Shown: positions 19,036 through 29,200 of the stretch, piece after piece
Position numbering within the stretch: position 1 is the first letter of the stretch
How the letters are laid out: the number at the start of each line of letters is the position of its first letter
Assembly: GCA_048939625.1 (NCBI GenBank)
Contig: JBHLPH010000004.1
Location: forward strand, 1 to 64,000
Source: Promethearchaeota archaeon
GTDB lineage: Archaea > Asgardarchaeota > Hermodarchaeia > Hermodarchaeales > Hermodarchaeaceae
Length of the DNA stretch: 64,000 nt
Direction of reading: 5' to 3'
Program-made: the position numbers and the translations under genes
Notes under the pieces: generated by a model
What the model was told of the DNA's origin: nothing
The model's input: only the letters and a program-made list of their open reading frames with translations
Databases searched by the model: none

Positions 19036-20145
19036 CTAGTTGGTGAGGTCAGGATAAATTTCCTCAGCAAGAATTCGCGACACGTCGAAGTAAGTATAGG
19101 GAGCATTTCGCTTACTTACACCATTGATGATTTCGAAACAAAATTTGTTTGCTCCCGCATCCACAAAAGCCTGAATTTTCTTTCGTACTTCTTCTGGCGA
19201 TCCTGCGAGCGTAATGGATTTGATTACGTCCTCGGGAATGTCACTAACAATCGGAAGCATCTTACTGATATCCAGTTTGGCAATATCATCAGCGTCGTAA
19301 GTTAGCAAACTAATAGTACTGGGGTGAATGCCCTGCTCATGATAAATGGACGAATAATCTTCTTTCCAAAACCCTAAGGCAGCCAGTACCTGGGGTTGTA
19401 ATACAAGCTGTCCACGTAATCCTCCAAGATATTGGGAGACAATTCCTGGATCATCATGCATGAAAACCCGACCCCAGAATCCAGCAGCTAAAGTTGAAGG
19501 GTCACGATCAATAGTTTTCATATGTTGATGGATATCCTTGAGCCCGTCTCGGTACATTTCTGGTAATGTGGGAAAGGGGAACCAACCATTGGCGAGTTCA
19601 GCGGTCAATTTGCGGGTCCGAGGACCATTTCCGGCAATCCAAATCGGTGGGTGAGGTTGGGTAAGCGGTTTTGGTTCCAGAACCGCACGGTCCAACTTGA
19701 AGAATCGGCCATGATGGGTCATTGGTCCTGATTGGGTCCACAGCAACTTCATGACTTCAATACACTCCTGCAGTCGGCTTACAGCGTTTTTTGAGTCAAA
19801 TCCGTAGACCGCTAGATTCATCTTTTCACCCGCACCCACTCCTAGAATAAAGCGTCCTTTAGATTGATGGTCTAAGGAGACGGCGTTTTGGGCTAAAATG
19901 GCGGGATGAAGACGAATAGCATCGGTAACAGCAACGCCTAATGACATTTCAGGTGCAAGTTCTGCAAAGGCACCTAGCATCGTCCAAGGAGAGAGAAAGG
20001 CATCAATGGCGAACGGAGGTAATCCTCGAAGATGATCAGGCACCCAACAAGTACTCCAATTCTTCTGTTCAATCATTTTCACAACTTTGGTTTTCACCAA
20101 ATCCCAAGACCGTGAGTAAAAGAGTTGTTGCCCAAATTCAATCAT
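19036..20145 (-). CDS. LLM-class (luciferase-like, probably F420-dependent) oxidoreductase
   Basis: WVPDH, RLHPAILAQ, LDHQSKGRFILGVGAGE, PHPPIWIAGNGP. Alternative start at 20163. Confidence 0.9.
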   Translation of the reverse strand: MIEFGQQLFYSRSWDLVKTKVVKMIEQKNWSTCWVPDHLRGLPPFAIDAFLSPWTMLGAFAELAPEMSLGVAVTDAIRLHPAILAQNAVSLDHQSKGRFILGVGAGEKMNLAVYGFDSKNAVSRLQECIEVMKLLWTQSGPMTHHGRFFKLDRAVLEPKPLTQPHPPIWIAGNGPRTRKLTAELANGWFPFPTLPEMYRDGLKDIHQHMKTIDRDPSTLAAGFWGRVFMHDDPGIVSQYLGGLRGQLVLQPQVLAALGFWKEDYSSIYHEQGIHPSTISLLTYDADDIAKLDISKMLPIVSDIPEDVIKSITLAGSPEEVRKKIQAFVDAGANKFCFEIINGVSKRNAPYTYFDVSRILAEEIYPDLTN

Positions 20146-20215
20146 TGCATTCAGAACACCCAAGAGCTTATTGGTCTATCATTCACTTCTGGGGATTCTT
20201 ATATGTGCTTTCAGT

Positions 20216-20425
20216 CTAACCTGGGTTTCGTCTTGAAGTCAAGATAATGAGAAGAAGTGAAATAATAACAATCGCGAAAATAACCCACCACACCCAGCCC
20301 ATCCAAAGCGGAGTTCCCTCAACTAGCGTCCAACCTCCGTATACTGCCATATATCCAGAAATTGTCAACACAATCACAGTCATAAAACCAATGCATGCAA
20401 CATCAAGTTTCCCGAGCCCTGCCAT
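20216..20425 (-). CDS. Small two-TM membrane protein
   Basis: 69 aa, two hydrophobic segments, AAGGAG upstream. Confidence 0.65.
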   Translation of the reverse strand: MAGLGKLDVACIGFMTVIVLTISGYMAVYGGWTLVEGTPLWMGWVWWVIFAIVIISLLLIILTSRRNPG

Positions 20426-20646
20426 AAGGTCCGTCTCCTTACTTCATCTCAGCAGAATTATTTCGGTTGTAGCCACTTCCTCAATCAGATGAGGTCAATT
20501 TGCCCTGATTATTCTTTGAATACACCACTATAAGGTTGACGATTTTAGTGGATTGGATAACAACGCGCACACTTAAATTACCCCAGCCGCCAATGAGAAC
20601 AAAAAGCCCTATCTGCAATTCGATTCCTCCGCGTTAGGTGAAATCT

Positions 20647-21705
20647 ATGATTAAAACGAAATTCACCGAAATGGTCGGCTGCAAACACCCCATTATCCAA
20701 GCGGCAATGGGACCCTTCTACACAACTAAATTATGTGCAGCTGTCAGCAACGCCGGTGCCTTCGGTATTGTCTCACATACGAATCTACGTAATATGGATC
20801 CCATCAAAGAAATGGAGAAAAACATCCTCGATGTGGTTGAAAATACTGATGGCCCTTTCGGCGTCAACATTCGAACAGCTCGACTCCAAATCGACTACCC
20901 TGAACTTATCAAACTGATTCCTCGGATTCGCAAAGAAAATAAAAAAGTCAGGGAACAACTTCGAGTTGTTATCACCTCAGCTGGTGATCCTCGCCCAGGA
21001 GCACATCACTTCAAAGATGTAGACCCTGATTTGAAAGTCTTTCACGTCATTCCTGCGAAATGGCTAGCAGTCAAAGCCCTGAATCCTGACTGGTTCCAAA
21101 AGAAGTTCCCAGGCACCAAAGGTGTACTAGACGGAATCGTCGCAACTGGTTACGAAGGCGGTGGTCATAACTCATATGAAAAAGTTGCCACCACAGTGCT
21201 AACCGCCGAAATGGTGGAAATGGCAGGCAACATCCCTGTAATTTCCTGCGGTGGATGGTTTGATGGTAAAGGACTTGCGGGTGCTCTCGCTATGGGCGCT
21301 TCAGGTATCCAAATGGGAACCCGATTCATCGCCACAAAGGAATGTGAATTCCACGACGATTACAAGGCCCTTATATTACCTGCAACGGACGAAGACACTG
21401 TTGTCACTACTGGAGCCTTCGGACCCATTCGGTTACTTAAAAATGAATACTCTAAGACTCATGGTTCACCCGTACCCGACCGGGAAGCCCGAATGGCTGA
21501 AGAATCGTCTATGACAGCTGATGATCTCCTCGATGAAATGGAACGCTACGAACTTGTCTACAAGGGCGACGTCCAAAAAGGGCCCATCCTCGTTGGTCAA
21601 ACCATCGGTGGTATTGACGAAATTCCCACGGTTCAAGAAGTCGTGGACCGCATCGTCAAAGAAGCAGAAATGCGCCTTAAGGCCGTAACAAAATTAGTGA
21701 ACTAA
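20647..21705 (+). CDS. FabK/nitronate monooxygenase-family flavoenzyme
   Basis: PIIQAAMG, AAVSNAGAFG, GYEGGGH, PVISCGG, GIQMGTRFIATKE. GGTGA SD precedes ATG 20647. Confidence 0.92.
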   Translation: MIKTKFTEMVGCKHPIIQAAMGPFYTTKLCAAVSNAGAFGIVSHTNLRNMDPIKEMEKNILDVVENTDGPFGVNIRTARLQIDYPELIKLIPRIRKENKKVREQLRVVITSAGDPRPGAHHFKDVDPDLKVFHVIPAKWLAVKALNPDWFQKKFPGTKGVLDGIVATGYEGGGHNSYEKVATTVLTAEMVEMAGNIPVISCGGWFDGKGLAGALAMGASGIQMGTRFIATKECEFHDDYKALILPATDEDTVVTTGAFGPIRLLKNEYSKTHGSPVPDREARMAEESSMTADDLLDEMERYELVYKGDVQKGPILVGQTIGGIDEIPTVQEVVDRIVKEAEMRLKAVTKLVN

Positions 21706-21721
21706 GATTCTGTACCTATTC

Positions 21722-21760
21722 AAGGAGCAAGCACTTTGCTCCTTAGCACCTTGCTTTTTC
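21722..21760 (+). terminator. Hairpin terminator after FabK-like gene
   Basis: AAGGAGCAA-GCACT-TTGCTCCTT followed by a T-rich tract. Confidence 0.65.
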
Positions 21761-21897
21761 CTATAAGGAGGAGAATACAGAGTTCCTAGATAATATCTAA
21801 TTGATAATAGAAAGCGTTACGCCAATAGAATATCCACTGGAGAAGCTGAACAGAAGGATTAAGTGTCCTGGCGAATAGGAAATCAGGGGTAATTCGA

Positions 21898-22680
21898 ATG
21901 GCGTCTGAGACAATGGTTGCACCTGACGCTATTGCTGAAGAGGTACTTGGGGTTACAATCACTACTGTTGTCGATAACCAATCTGCTCAACCCGGATTGA
22001 ATCATGTCTGGGGATTATCCCTGCATGTGAACATTCAGTTTCCAGGTCGGACTGAAGCACTCCTCATGGATACTAGTGGCAGTGCTCAAGTCTTCCGGCA
22101 TAATGCCCAAGCATTGAATCTGGATTTTACCAATCTTCGGGCTATAGTGATTAGTCATTTTCACCATGATCATTTTGGGGCGCTTCAGCCAGCTCTAGAG
22201 TTGATTCAGCATACGGATCTGGTTACCTACCTTCCTGCTCATCACGATGCGTTGGAGCTCACTTTGAGCCAAAGTAATATCCGTCGCATAGTTGCTGAGG
22301 AAGCTTCCATAATTCGGTCAGGAATAGCGACAACTGGAGCCTTAGGACCGAAGAAGCTCAAAGAACACGGCGTAGTCATTAATGTTGAAAGTGTGGGAAT
22401 TGTCTTACTTACAGGGTGCGCACATCCGAAGGTAAGACGTCTCCTTCAATCTGCGAAGAAAGTTTTTCCCGGTCGTCGAGTCCATGCTGTAATTGGTGGT
22501 TTCCATTTGAAGACAGAAGAAGAAGGAGTCAATGTAGGTGAATTGTTTGTGCATGAAGATGTGAATCTCGTCTCACCATGCCATTGCACGCATAAGATAG
22601 CAAAGGAAGCCATCCGAAGAACTGTTGGCGATGATGTGTATCGCGAGAATGGATCAGGAACCATCTTTTCCATATTGTAA
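21898..22680 (+). CDS. MBL-fold metallo-hydrolase (MJ0301/MJ0448-like)
   Basis: SHFHHDHFG, TGCAHP, IGGFHL, PCHCT. Confidence 0.88.
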   Translation: MASETMVAPDAIAEEVLGVTITTVVDNQSAQPGLNHVWGLSLHVNIQFPGRTEALLMDTSGSAQVFRHNAQALNLDFTNLRAIVISHFHHDHFGALQPALELIQHTDLVTYLPAHHDALELTLSQSNIRRIVAEEASIIRSGIATTGALGPKKLKEHGVVINVESVGIVLLTGCAHPKVRRLLQSAKKVFPGRRVHAVIGGFHLKTEEEGVNVGELFVHEDVNLVSPCHCTHKIAKEAIRRTVGDDVYRENGSGTIFSIL

Positions 22681-22790
22681 TGGCAAACCTGCTTCGGCTA
22701 ATTAATCAACCAAAATTCAAGTTTTGGGGTTCGTTGTTACTTTTGGGTTTATTTAATAGGACCAAGAGGGGAGGGATGTCGGGTTGGCTT

Positions 22791-23714
22791 ATGAAACTAG
22801 AGCAACTGATTTTCACTACAATCGTTTTTCCTCAGAAAGAATCTCAACTCAATACGCTACTTCTCATTGAGAGCATTCGAAACTTCGCTGGATCATTAGC
22901 AAAAAAGCCTATCTGGGTGTTTACACCCGAATCATCTCAGCCTCTCGAGGAAACCACCATAAAAGGTTTCGAAGCACTTGATGCGAAGTTGATTCCTTTT
23001 GCTATGGATCGATCTAAATTGCCTTTCTTTTTCGCAGATACCATTCAAGCAATTGCATTTGCCGAATCAATGGCCGAACGAGACACCACCTTACTGGCCT
23101 GGTTGGATGCTAATACCATTATTCTGGGGGAACCTACCGAATTTCTAATCCCTGATTCGAAGAGCCTAGCTTATCGACCTGTCCACCACACCCTTATTGG
23201 CTCGCGGTATACAGAACCCCTTGACCCCTTCTGGTCCCACATCTATAAGTCCTGTCAAGTCCCCCAAGATCGAGTGTTTCCCATGATTACCCATGTTGAC
23301 GCGACACAAATCCGTCCCTACTTCAATGCGGGCTGTCTGGTTACTCGACCAACGAACCGGCTCTTCCGAATTTGGCACGACACATTCTTCGAACTCTACA
23401 AGAACCGTGAGTGTCAGGGATTCTATCAGCAGGATGAACGATACGAAATTTTCGTTCACCAAGCAGCACTCTCAGGGGTGATTCTTTCAATGTTTCCCCC
23501 CGAAGAACTCCAGGCGCTTCCAAGTACCTATAATTACCCCTTACATCTTTTCAAAGAAGATGTATCTGACAACCGACCTTCCACACTGGAGGACCTGATC
23601 ACAATTCGACATGAAGGTTTTTACAAAGACCCCGATTGGATAAAATCAATCCCAGCCAAAGAACCTTTGAAGCAGTGGATTGAACAGCAGGTGTCCAAAC
23701 ACTCAAGCCTATAA
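22791..23714 (+). CDS. Putative GT-A (GT8-like) fold protein
   Basis: WLDANT (DxD-like), PYFNAG, HQAALS and LPSTYNYP resemble GT8 motifs. Start 22791 preferred over 22680. Confidence 0.6.
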   Translation: MKLEQLIFTTIVFPQKESQLNTLLLIESIRNFAGSLAKKPIWVFTPESSQPLEETTIKGFEALDAKLIPFAMDRSKLPFFFADTIQAIAFAESMAERDTTLLAWLDANTIILGEPTEFLIPDSKSLAYRPVHHTLIGSRYTEPLDPFWSHIYKSCQVPQDRVFPMITHVDATQIRPYFNAGCLVTRPTNRLFRIWHDTFFELYKNRECQGFYQQDERYEIFVHQAALSGVILSMFPPEELQALPSTYNYPLHLFKEDVSDNRPSTLEDLITIRHEGFYKDPDWIKSIPAKEPLKQWIEQQVSKHSSL

Positions 23715-23752
23715 TCAACGAAAATAAGAGGGAAATCACTGAATTCCTGTAA

Positions 23753-24301
23753 TTATTTGGATTGGAGCTCGGCTAACGCACTCTTTACATCATCAACGAG
23801 TTCGGGTGGTTCTAGAATTAACTGAAGCGTTGTAAAAAGGATGTAAAGCGCCTTGATTTGGGGACCAGAGAGTCCCTGTTCTTTCAGATCACGCGTCTGT
23901 TGAATCATGGAGTGGATGGCAGGGTACACCTGAGTAGTTAAGTAATCGGGAAAAACTTCGCGCTTATTGATATCTACAAAATGGAGTTCAACTCCATACT
24001 TGTAGCAAGCGCCGAGGATACGTTCTCGGATTTCCTCAGAAGCAACACCAATAGGGATTACGACAACAGGAGTGCCTTCTGGCATAGCCACTCGATTCTG
24101 CACAGCTCGTCCAACAGCTTCGTAAACATCTCCCGGGCTCCGAATCCATTTCGCATCAGCCAGAAGAGTACGGTTCTCAGAGGTTGCTAAAAGATCAACC
24201 ACACTACCGGCTATAGTGGCTTTTTGCTCGACCTCAAATCCATTGGCTTCAAGGTACCGGCGATACACAGACAAAAGCAGAAACTCAGACATCGAACTCA
24301 A
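23753..24301 (-). CDS. PD-(D/E)xK nuclease-like protein
   Basis: YLEANGFEVE, VDLLA, LLADAK and AVGRA helix match the restriction-endonuclease-like fold pattern. Confidence 0.7.
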   Translation of the reverse strand: MSSMSEFLLLSVYRRYLEANGFEVEQKATIAGSVVDLLATSENRTLLADAKWIRSPGDVYEAVGRAVQNRVAMPEGTPVVVIPIGVASEEIRERILGACYKYGVELHFVDINKREVFPDYLTTQVYPAIHSMIQQTRDLKEQGLSGPQIKALYILFTTLQLILEPPELVDDVKSALAELQSK

Positions 24302-24494
24302 TCCTTCCAGTGATTCAATCCCTTAATAACCTATTTTCAATTACCGCGATAGCAAGACGAAGAGCATTTAGAGGAAAAGAAAATCCATTGGAGAAAATTC
24401 CCAAAGAGATTAGAAAAAAGAAATAACTTTGGGGAGAGAATTATATGAAAAGTCTGAACTAAACCCCTATTTCCGTTTAGGTTAAGACCTGAAT

Positions 24495-24890
24495 CTATTC
24501 AGCGGGTTCTTTGAAAGACAACGTTGCAAGAATCTCAAGTTTCCGATTCTGTTTCAAGAAGTTAATGATTTGATCGACTCGCGATGGTGCTGAGTTAGCT
24601 AGTTTGTCAGTGGCTTCTGCATGCAATCCAAAATCATCGCGACGTCGAATTTCTGGCGACACCTTTTCCTTCGCAACGGGAGCGGCGACATCTAAATCCT
24701 GTTGGGAAATATTGCCTGATTCCAGTTTGTTAGCCAGGGCATTGTATTCCTTGTTTATCTGTTGGATAAGGGAGAGTTTGATATTAAGGTCTGTTACCAT
24801 ATTATAGGCGCTTAGTGATATTGCGCAATGTACTAAATTATCGACCACATGGTCTTTTGCTTCTTCAGGCATAACATCACATAGTATCAT
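24495..24890 (-). CDS. Hypothetical helical protein
   Basis: 131-aa ORF in an AT-richer patch, no clear family. Confidence 0.55.
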   Translation of the reverse strand: MILCDVMPEEAKDHVVDNLVHCAISLSAYNMVTDLNIKLSLIQQINKEYNALANKLESGNISQQDLDVAAPVAKEKVSPEIRRRDDFGLHAEATDKLANSAPSRVDQIINFLKQNRKLEILATLSFKEPAE

Positions 24891-24994
24891 GGTAGGCGGA
24901 GATTCATATAATTTTGCTACTATAAAGTGTACAACTAGAACATGTATTTTTTAATTGATACAATCGGTTATGTCAAAGCATTGATTTGGAAAGA

Positions 24995-25244
24995 TTAATC
25001 CGTTGTTACCTTAACTTTGATTCCTTTTCCTTCCCAGATTCCGTGTAGATTACAATAAGCATGGGCAACTAGGGTCGCAGATGTATTAAGTGTTACATGA
25101 ATCTTAGCAGTAAAACCGTTGGTAAGCGTTGGGTAAAAATAGACTTGTCCAACTGGTCGGAGATCAGCGTATAGTTGTTGAAAGTTAGATTACGAGGGTT
25201 GTTAAAAGAAGAATCAATGCAATTCCATTGAGTATATTCTTCAT
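24995..25244 (-). pseudogene. Superoxide reductase (neelaredoxin-like) remnant
   Basis: 25189-24995 reads SNFQQLYADLRPVGQVYFYP...TLVAHAYCNLHGIWEGKGIKVKVTTD*. A signal-peptide-like MKNILNGIALILLLTTLVI* (25244-25185) is in another frame. The EKHVP and HPM..H segments are missing. Confidence 0.75.
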
Positions 25245-25259
25245 TTGTAACCACTAAGA

Positions 25260-25284
25260 ATGTTTACCAGTTTACGGTAATCTT
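25260..25284. promoter_or_regulatory. Imperfect palindrome ATGTTTAC-N9-GTAATCTT (operator copy 1)
   Basis: Same left arm and spacing as the perfect copy at 25394. Confidence 0.5.
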
Positions 25285-25393
25285 ACACCAGACACTTGGA
25301 TATAAACCTGAGCGAACTTAAATGTTCGTTTTTTTGCTATTAGAGAAACCCTACGCACACACTTGAAAATAGCCCAAATACATAAATTTATAA

Positions 25394-25418
25394 ATGTTTA
25401 CTAATAATTGGTAAACAT
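25394..25418. promoter_or_regulatory. Palindrome ATGTTTAC-N9-GTAAACAT immediately downstream of TATA box (operator copy 2)
   Basis: Perfect 8-bp arms abutting TTTATAAA at 25387-25394, upstream of an HTH gene. Confidence 0.65.
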
Positions 25419-25477
25419 GTGATTATTAGATTCCATCAGAATTTAACTATCACAGATCAAAAAAACGAGGATTCACG

Positions 25478-25969
25478 ATGGGCATTTTATCCCCTGATGA
25501 GGAAGTTGTCTGGCAGCAGTTTCATCAGGGATTATCAACAAGTGCTATCGCGAAGGCCGGTCGAGCAAGCTGGTCTGTCGCCTACGTATCCCGAGTATTG
25601 AATCGGGCTCGTGGGAAAATCGCAAAAGCCCTTCGTGCGCAAGCTAAAAGCCACCGCCTTGATGTGGAAAGTCTACTGGATTATAACGGCCTCCTCATTG
25701 GATTTGACTATCAAGCAAACTCGGTCGTTTACGTTGTTTTCACATTCAAATTGGGGATTATCGTGTGGTACAAACACGCATCCTATGCAGGGATTATGTG
25801 CCACAATTGTCCTAAACTCATTGAATGTCGAGAAACGCTGGATACAATCATCAGAGAATACGGGATTAAATTGCGTCCAGATGAAGAAGTTTTGCCGATG
25901 ACCCAGCAGTCTACAGCCATTTTCAATAAGCTGGCGGCCAAGGAAATCCCTCGTTATCAACGGAGTTGA
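25478..25969 (+). CDS. HTH transcriptional regulator with C-terminal His/Cys cluster
   Basis: LSPDEEVVW...GLSTSAIAK...SVAYVSRVLNRARGKI (sigma-r4/LuxR-like HTH); WYKH...CHNC....EC. Confidence 0.75.
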   Translation: MGILSPDEEVVWQQFHQGLSTSAIAKAGRASWSVAYVSRVLNRARGKIAKALRAQAKSHRLDVESLLDYNGLLIGFDYQANSVVYVVFTFKLGIIVWYKHASYAGIMCHNCPKLIECRETLDTIIREYGIKLRPDEEVLPMTQQSTAIFNKLAAKEIPRYQRS

Positions 25970-26715
25970 AGACATTGGAAAATAGGAGTAGAGACAGTCG
26001 CATAATCCGTCCTCCCGGAGAGAAGATCTCACATGGTCGGCTTTTCAAACCCTCAAGGGCTTATCTCCAAAAAAGAATAGTTGACTTATGGATTACTGCA
26101 ATCGTCTTCTGGTTAATCGTTTTGTTGAGCTGGTTTGGTATTTCTTTAATTGGATTCTTTGATGCAGATCTATTGTGGATGAATTTTGCTGTATGGTGGC
26201 TGCCAATTACTAGTGGGATGTGGGTTTTCAATCTCTTCTGGTTGGTACCAGGAATGATTTTCACCGACCTTTATGTTCGGAATATTGAATACTCAGTCAT
26301 TTCAGAATCAGGTGAGAGCATGCCGGAGGTCTATGTCCAGAAAGGTATCTTCAATCAGACACGCAAACATGTGCCGTTTCGGACCGTTACTAACATCAGT
26401 ACGAAGTCAGGTCCACTTGATCGACTTTTTGGAATCGGATCCGTTAATATTGAGACCGCAGGATTTTCTGGTCAGAAAAAAGAACCTGAAGAGAAGTTGG
26501 AAGGGATTGAATTCTATGAAGAAGTCCGGGATTTCATTCTTCAGGAATTACGCAAATTCCGAGCACCTTACACCACTGGAACAGAACCCGGGATATACGG
26601 AGATAGCGAGATTCCCAAACTACCGGATTCATTAGATGATGAAATTCTCATGACGTTACGCGACATGAAAACCATTCTGGAAGAAATTTCTAAAAAATTG
26701 GAAAACACTCGCTGA
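25966..26715 (+). CDS. Membrane-anchored bacterial PH-domain (bPH_2/YdbS-like) protein
   Basis: Two TMs, then KGIF...HVPFRTVTNISTKSGPLDRLFGIGSVNIETAG. Overlaps the HTH gene stop. Confidence 0.88.
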   Translation: MKTLENRSRDSRIIRPPGEKISHGRLFKPSRAYLQKRIVDLWITAIVFWLIVLLSWFGISLIGFFDADLLWMNFAVWWLPITSGMWVFNLFWLVPGMIFTDLYVRNIEYSVISESGESMPEVYVQKGIFNQTRKHVPFRTVTNISTKSGPLDRLFGIGSVNIETAGFSGQKKEPEEKLEGIEFYEEVRDFILQELRKFRAPYTTGTEPGIYGDSEIPKLPDSLDDEILMTLRDMKTILEEISKKLENTR

Positions 26716-26762
26716 ATTTCCTCAGCTGGTCGAGGAAGGAAATCTCCTTTCTCGCTTCCAAT

Positions 26763-27005
26763 TTATTTTGGGATGTTACAGTGTCGTTCTAAGACGATAA
26801 TTGCTACGTGTCCATAACGTCATCCAGTTTTTACCGAACAGCCATGATCGAAGAGTATGTTTAATGCAAGCCCAAGATTTCGTAGCTTACCTGGATCCGC
26901 TACAAGAACAACTGAAGGAGAGTTATTCGTAATGTTGACTTTTTCTGTGACAATGTGCTCTGCGATGAAAACAGCTTCTGATTTTTAAGAATTGATTCTA
27001 TGCAT
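26763..27005 (-). pseudogene. Possible decayed small gene with two in-frame stops
   Basis: MHRINS*KSEAVFIAEHIVTEKV...LGLALNILFDHGCSVKTG*RYGHVAIIVLERHCNIPK* fills an otherwise empty 380-bp gap. Confidence 0.3.
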
Positions 27006-27095
27006 GATTTAGATCACATGATTTCGAAGAAGGGTAGTGTTAGGAAAATGCAAGTATAAAAAAGCAACACGGAATTTCTTCATTTGTGATAGAAC

Positions 27096-29192
27096 ATGAA
27101 TAAGGACAACGAGGAACTCCCAAACCAACTTATCCATGAGAAAAGTCCTTACCTGTTACAGCATGCTCATAATCCTGTAGATTGGTATCCATGGAGTGAC
27201 AAGGCATTTGCAAAAGCAAAGAAAGAGGACAAACCCATTTTTCTTTCCATCGGGTATAGTACGTGCCATTGGTGTCATGTGATGGAACGGGAATCCTTTG
27301 AGAATCCACGTATCGCTAAACTGATGAACGAGGCATTTGTCAATATCAAGGTGGACAGAGAGGAGCGACCAGATATTGACTCACTGTACATGTCAGTCGC
27401 TCAGATGATGACCGGGAGCGGAGGCTGGCCACTAACGATAATTATGCACCCCGATAAGAAACCATTCTTTGCTGCGACTTACATTCCTCCTGAAACGCGG
27501 TTTGGCCGAATAGGTATGGATGAACTAGTCCCCGAAATTCAACGATTATGGAATAAGGAACGAAAGCGACTTGATACGATTTCTGGTAATATTATAGAGA
27601 GCCTTGAAGCATCGAACGTTAGTACACGTGGTGCAGAGTTGGGAGAAGGCGTCTTGGAAATGACCTTTGACCGACTACAAGAACGATTCGATGAAGAGCA
27701 TGGCGGATTTGGATTCCGTCCTAAATTTCCCTCTCCCCATAACCTATTGTTTCTACTTCGATACTGGAAACGCACAAAAAGTGGAAAGGCACTTCGGATG
27801 GTCGAAAAGACATTAGACAAGATGAGGCAAGGCGGCATTTTTGATCATGTGGGATTTGGCTTCCATCGTTATTCAACTGACCCTAAATGGTTGCTTCCTC
27901 ATTTTGAGAAGATGCTCTACGACCAGGCTATGTTAATAATGGCTTACTCGGAAGCATTTCAAGCAACCCAAAAGACAGCGTATGCTCACACGGTTCGAGA
28001 AATCATCACGTACGTACTTCGTGATATGACTAGCCCTCTAGGCGGATTTTTTTCCGCTGAGGATGCAGATAGTGAAGGTGAAGAAGGGAAGTTCTATGTG
28101 TGGTCAGAAAAAGAAGTTCGGGATGCCCTGACCACAAAAGAAGCTGAAGTGTTCCTTGATGTCTACAGCTTTGAACCCGAAGGGAATTTTCTTGAAGAAG
28201 CGACCGGGAAACGCACGGGAACCAACATCCCTCATCTTCGAGTATCATTGGAAGCAGAAGGCCAAAATCGAAAAATGATCCCGAAGGTTTTATCAGAGCT
28301 TCTCGACGGCGCACGAAAGAAGCTGTTTGTTATCCGTGAGAAGCGAATACACCCCCATAAAGATGACAAAATCCTCACGGATTGGAATGGTCTAATGATT
28401 GCTGCCCTTGCTAAAGCAGCAAGAGTACTTCGCGAACCACGCTTTACTGAGGCTGCAATAAAGGCGGTCAAATTTGTTTTCACCGACCTGTATAAGGATG
28501 GACATCTTCTACACCGTTACCGGGATGGAGAAGCCACAATTTCGGCTTTCCTGGATGATTACGCATTCATGATTTGGGGACTCCTTGAACTCTATGAGAC
28601 CACCTTCAACCCTGACTACCTTGAAAAAGCAATTAACCTGAATCAAACACTTCTTACTCACTTTTGGGATACGCAAGATGGCGGCTTTTTCTTCACTGCA
28701 GATGATGCCGAAGACCTTCTCCTTAGGAAAAAGGATGCTTATGATGGAGCAATCCCATCAGGAAATTCCGTCGCGATGCTCAACTTACTTCGACTCAGCC
28801 GAATCACTGGCACATCTGACTTGGAATTCAAAGCGGCCAAAATAGGTCAAGCTTTTTCAGGCGATGTATTAAGATCCCCCGCTGGATTCACCTTAATGAT
28901 TGTGGCGGTGGATTTCGCCGTCGGCCCCACATATGAGCTGGTACTAGTTGCAAATCCAGAAGCGAATGACAGTCAAGAAATGGTGAAGGCTATTACTGAA
29001 CGATTCATTCCAAACAAGGTAATGTTATTACTTCCGCAAAGAGAAGAAAAGCGAATAGCAAAACTCGCCCCCTTCACAAAAGACTATACGAGTATCAGCG
29101 GAAAAGCTACTGCTTATGTGTGTAGCAATCATCAGTGCCAGTTACCAACCACGGATATTCAGCAAATGCTAGTCCTCTTGAAGGAGCAATGA
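27096..29192 (+). CDS. YyaL/SPATA20-family thioredoxin-domain protein
   Basis: [58 protein letters not shown]. Confidence 0.95.
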   Translation: MNKDNEELPNQLIHEKSPYLLQHAHNPVDWYPWSDKAFAKAKKEDKPIFLSIGYSTCHWCHVMERESFENPRIAKLMNEAFVNIKVDREERPDIDSLYMSVAQMMTGSGGWPLTIIMHPDKKPFFAATYIPPETRFGRIGMDELVPEIQRLWNKERKRLDTISGNIIESLEASNVSTRGAELGEGVLEMTFDRLQERFDEEHGGFGFRPKFPSPHNLLFLLRYWKRTKSGKALRMVEKTLDKMRQGGIFDHVGFGFHRYSTDPKWLLPHFEKMLYDQAMLIMAYSEAFQATQKTAYAHTVREIITYVLRDMTSPLGGFFSAEDADSEGEEGKFYVWSEKEVRDALTTKEAEVFLDVYSFEPEGNFLEEATGKRTGTNIPHLRVSLEAEGQNRKMIPKVLSELLDGARKKLFVIREKRIHPHKDDKILTDWNGLMIAALAKAARVLREPRFTEAAIKAVKFVFTDLYKDGHLLHRYRDGEATISAFLDDYAFMIWGLLELYETTFNPDYLEKAINLNQTLLTHFWDTQDGGFFFTADDAEDLLLRKKDAYDGAIPSGNSVAMLNLLRLSRITGTSDLEFKAAKIGQAFSGDVLRSPAGFTLMIVAVDFAVGPTYELVLVANPEANDSQEMVKAITERFIPNKVMLLLPQREEKRIAKLAPFTKDYTSISGKATAYVCSNHQCQLPTTDIQQMLVLLKEQ

Positions 29193-29200
29193 TGTAACAA

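Noticed and set aside
26763-27005. In-frame TGA as possible selenocysteine
   Set aside because: The same frame also has an in-frame TAA and no redox motif, so decay is the simpler explanation.
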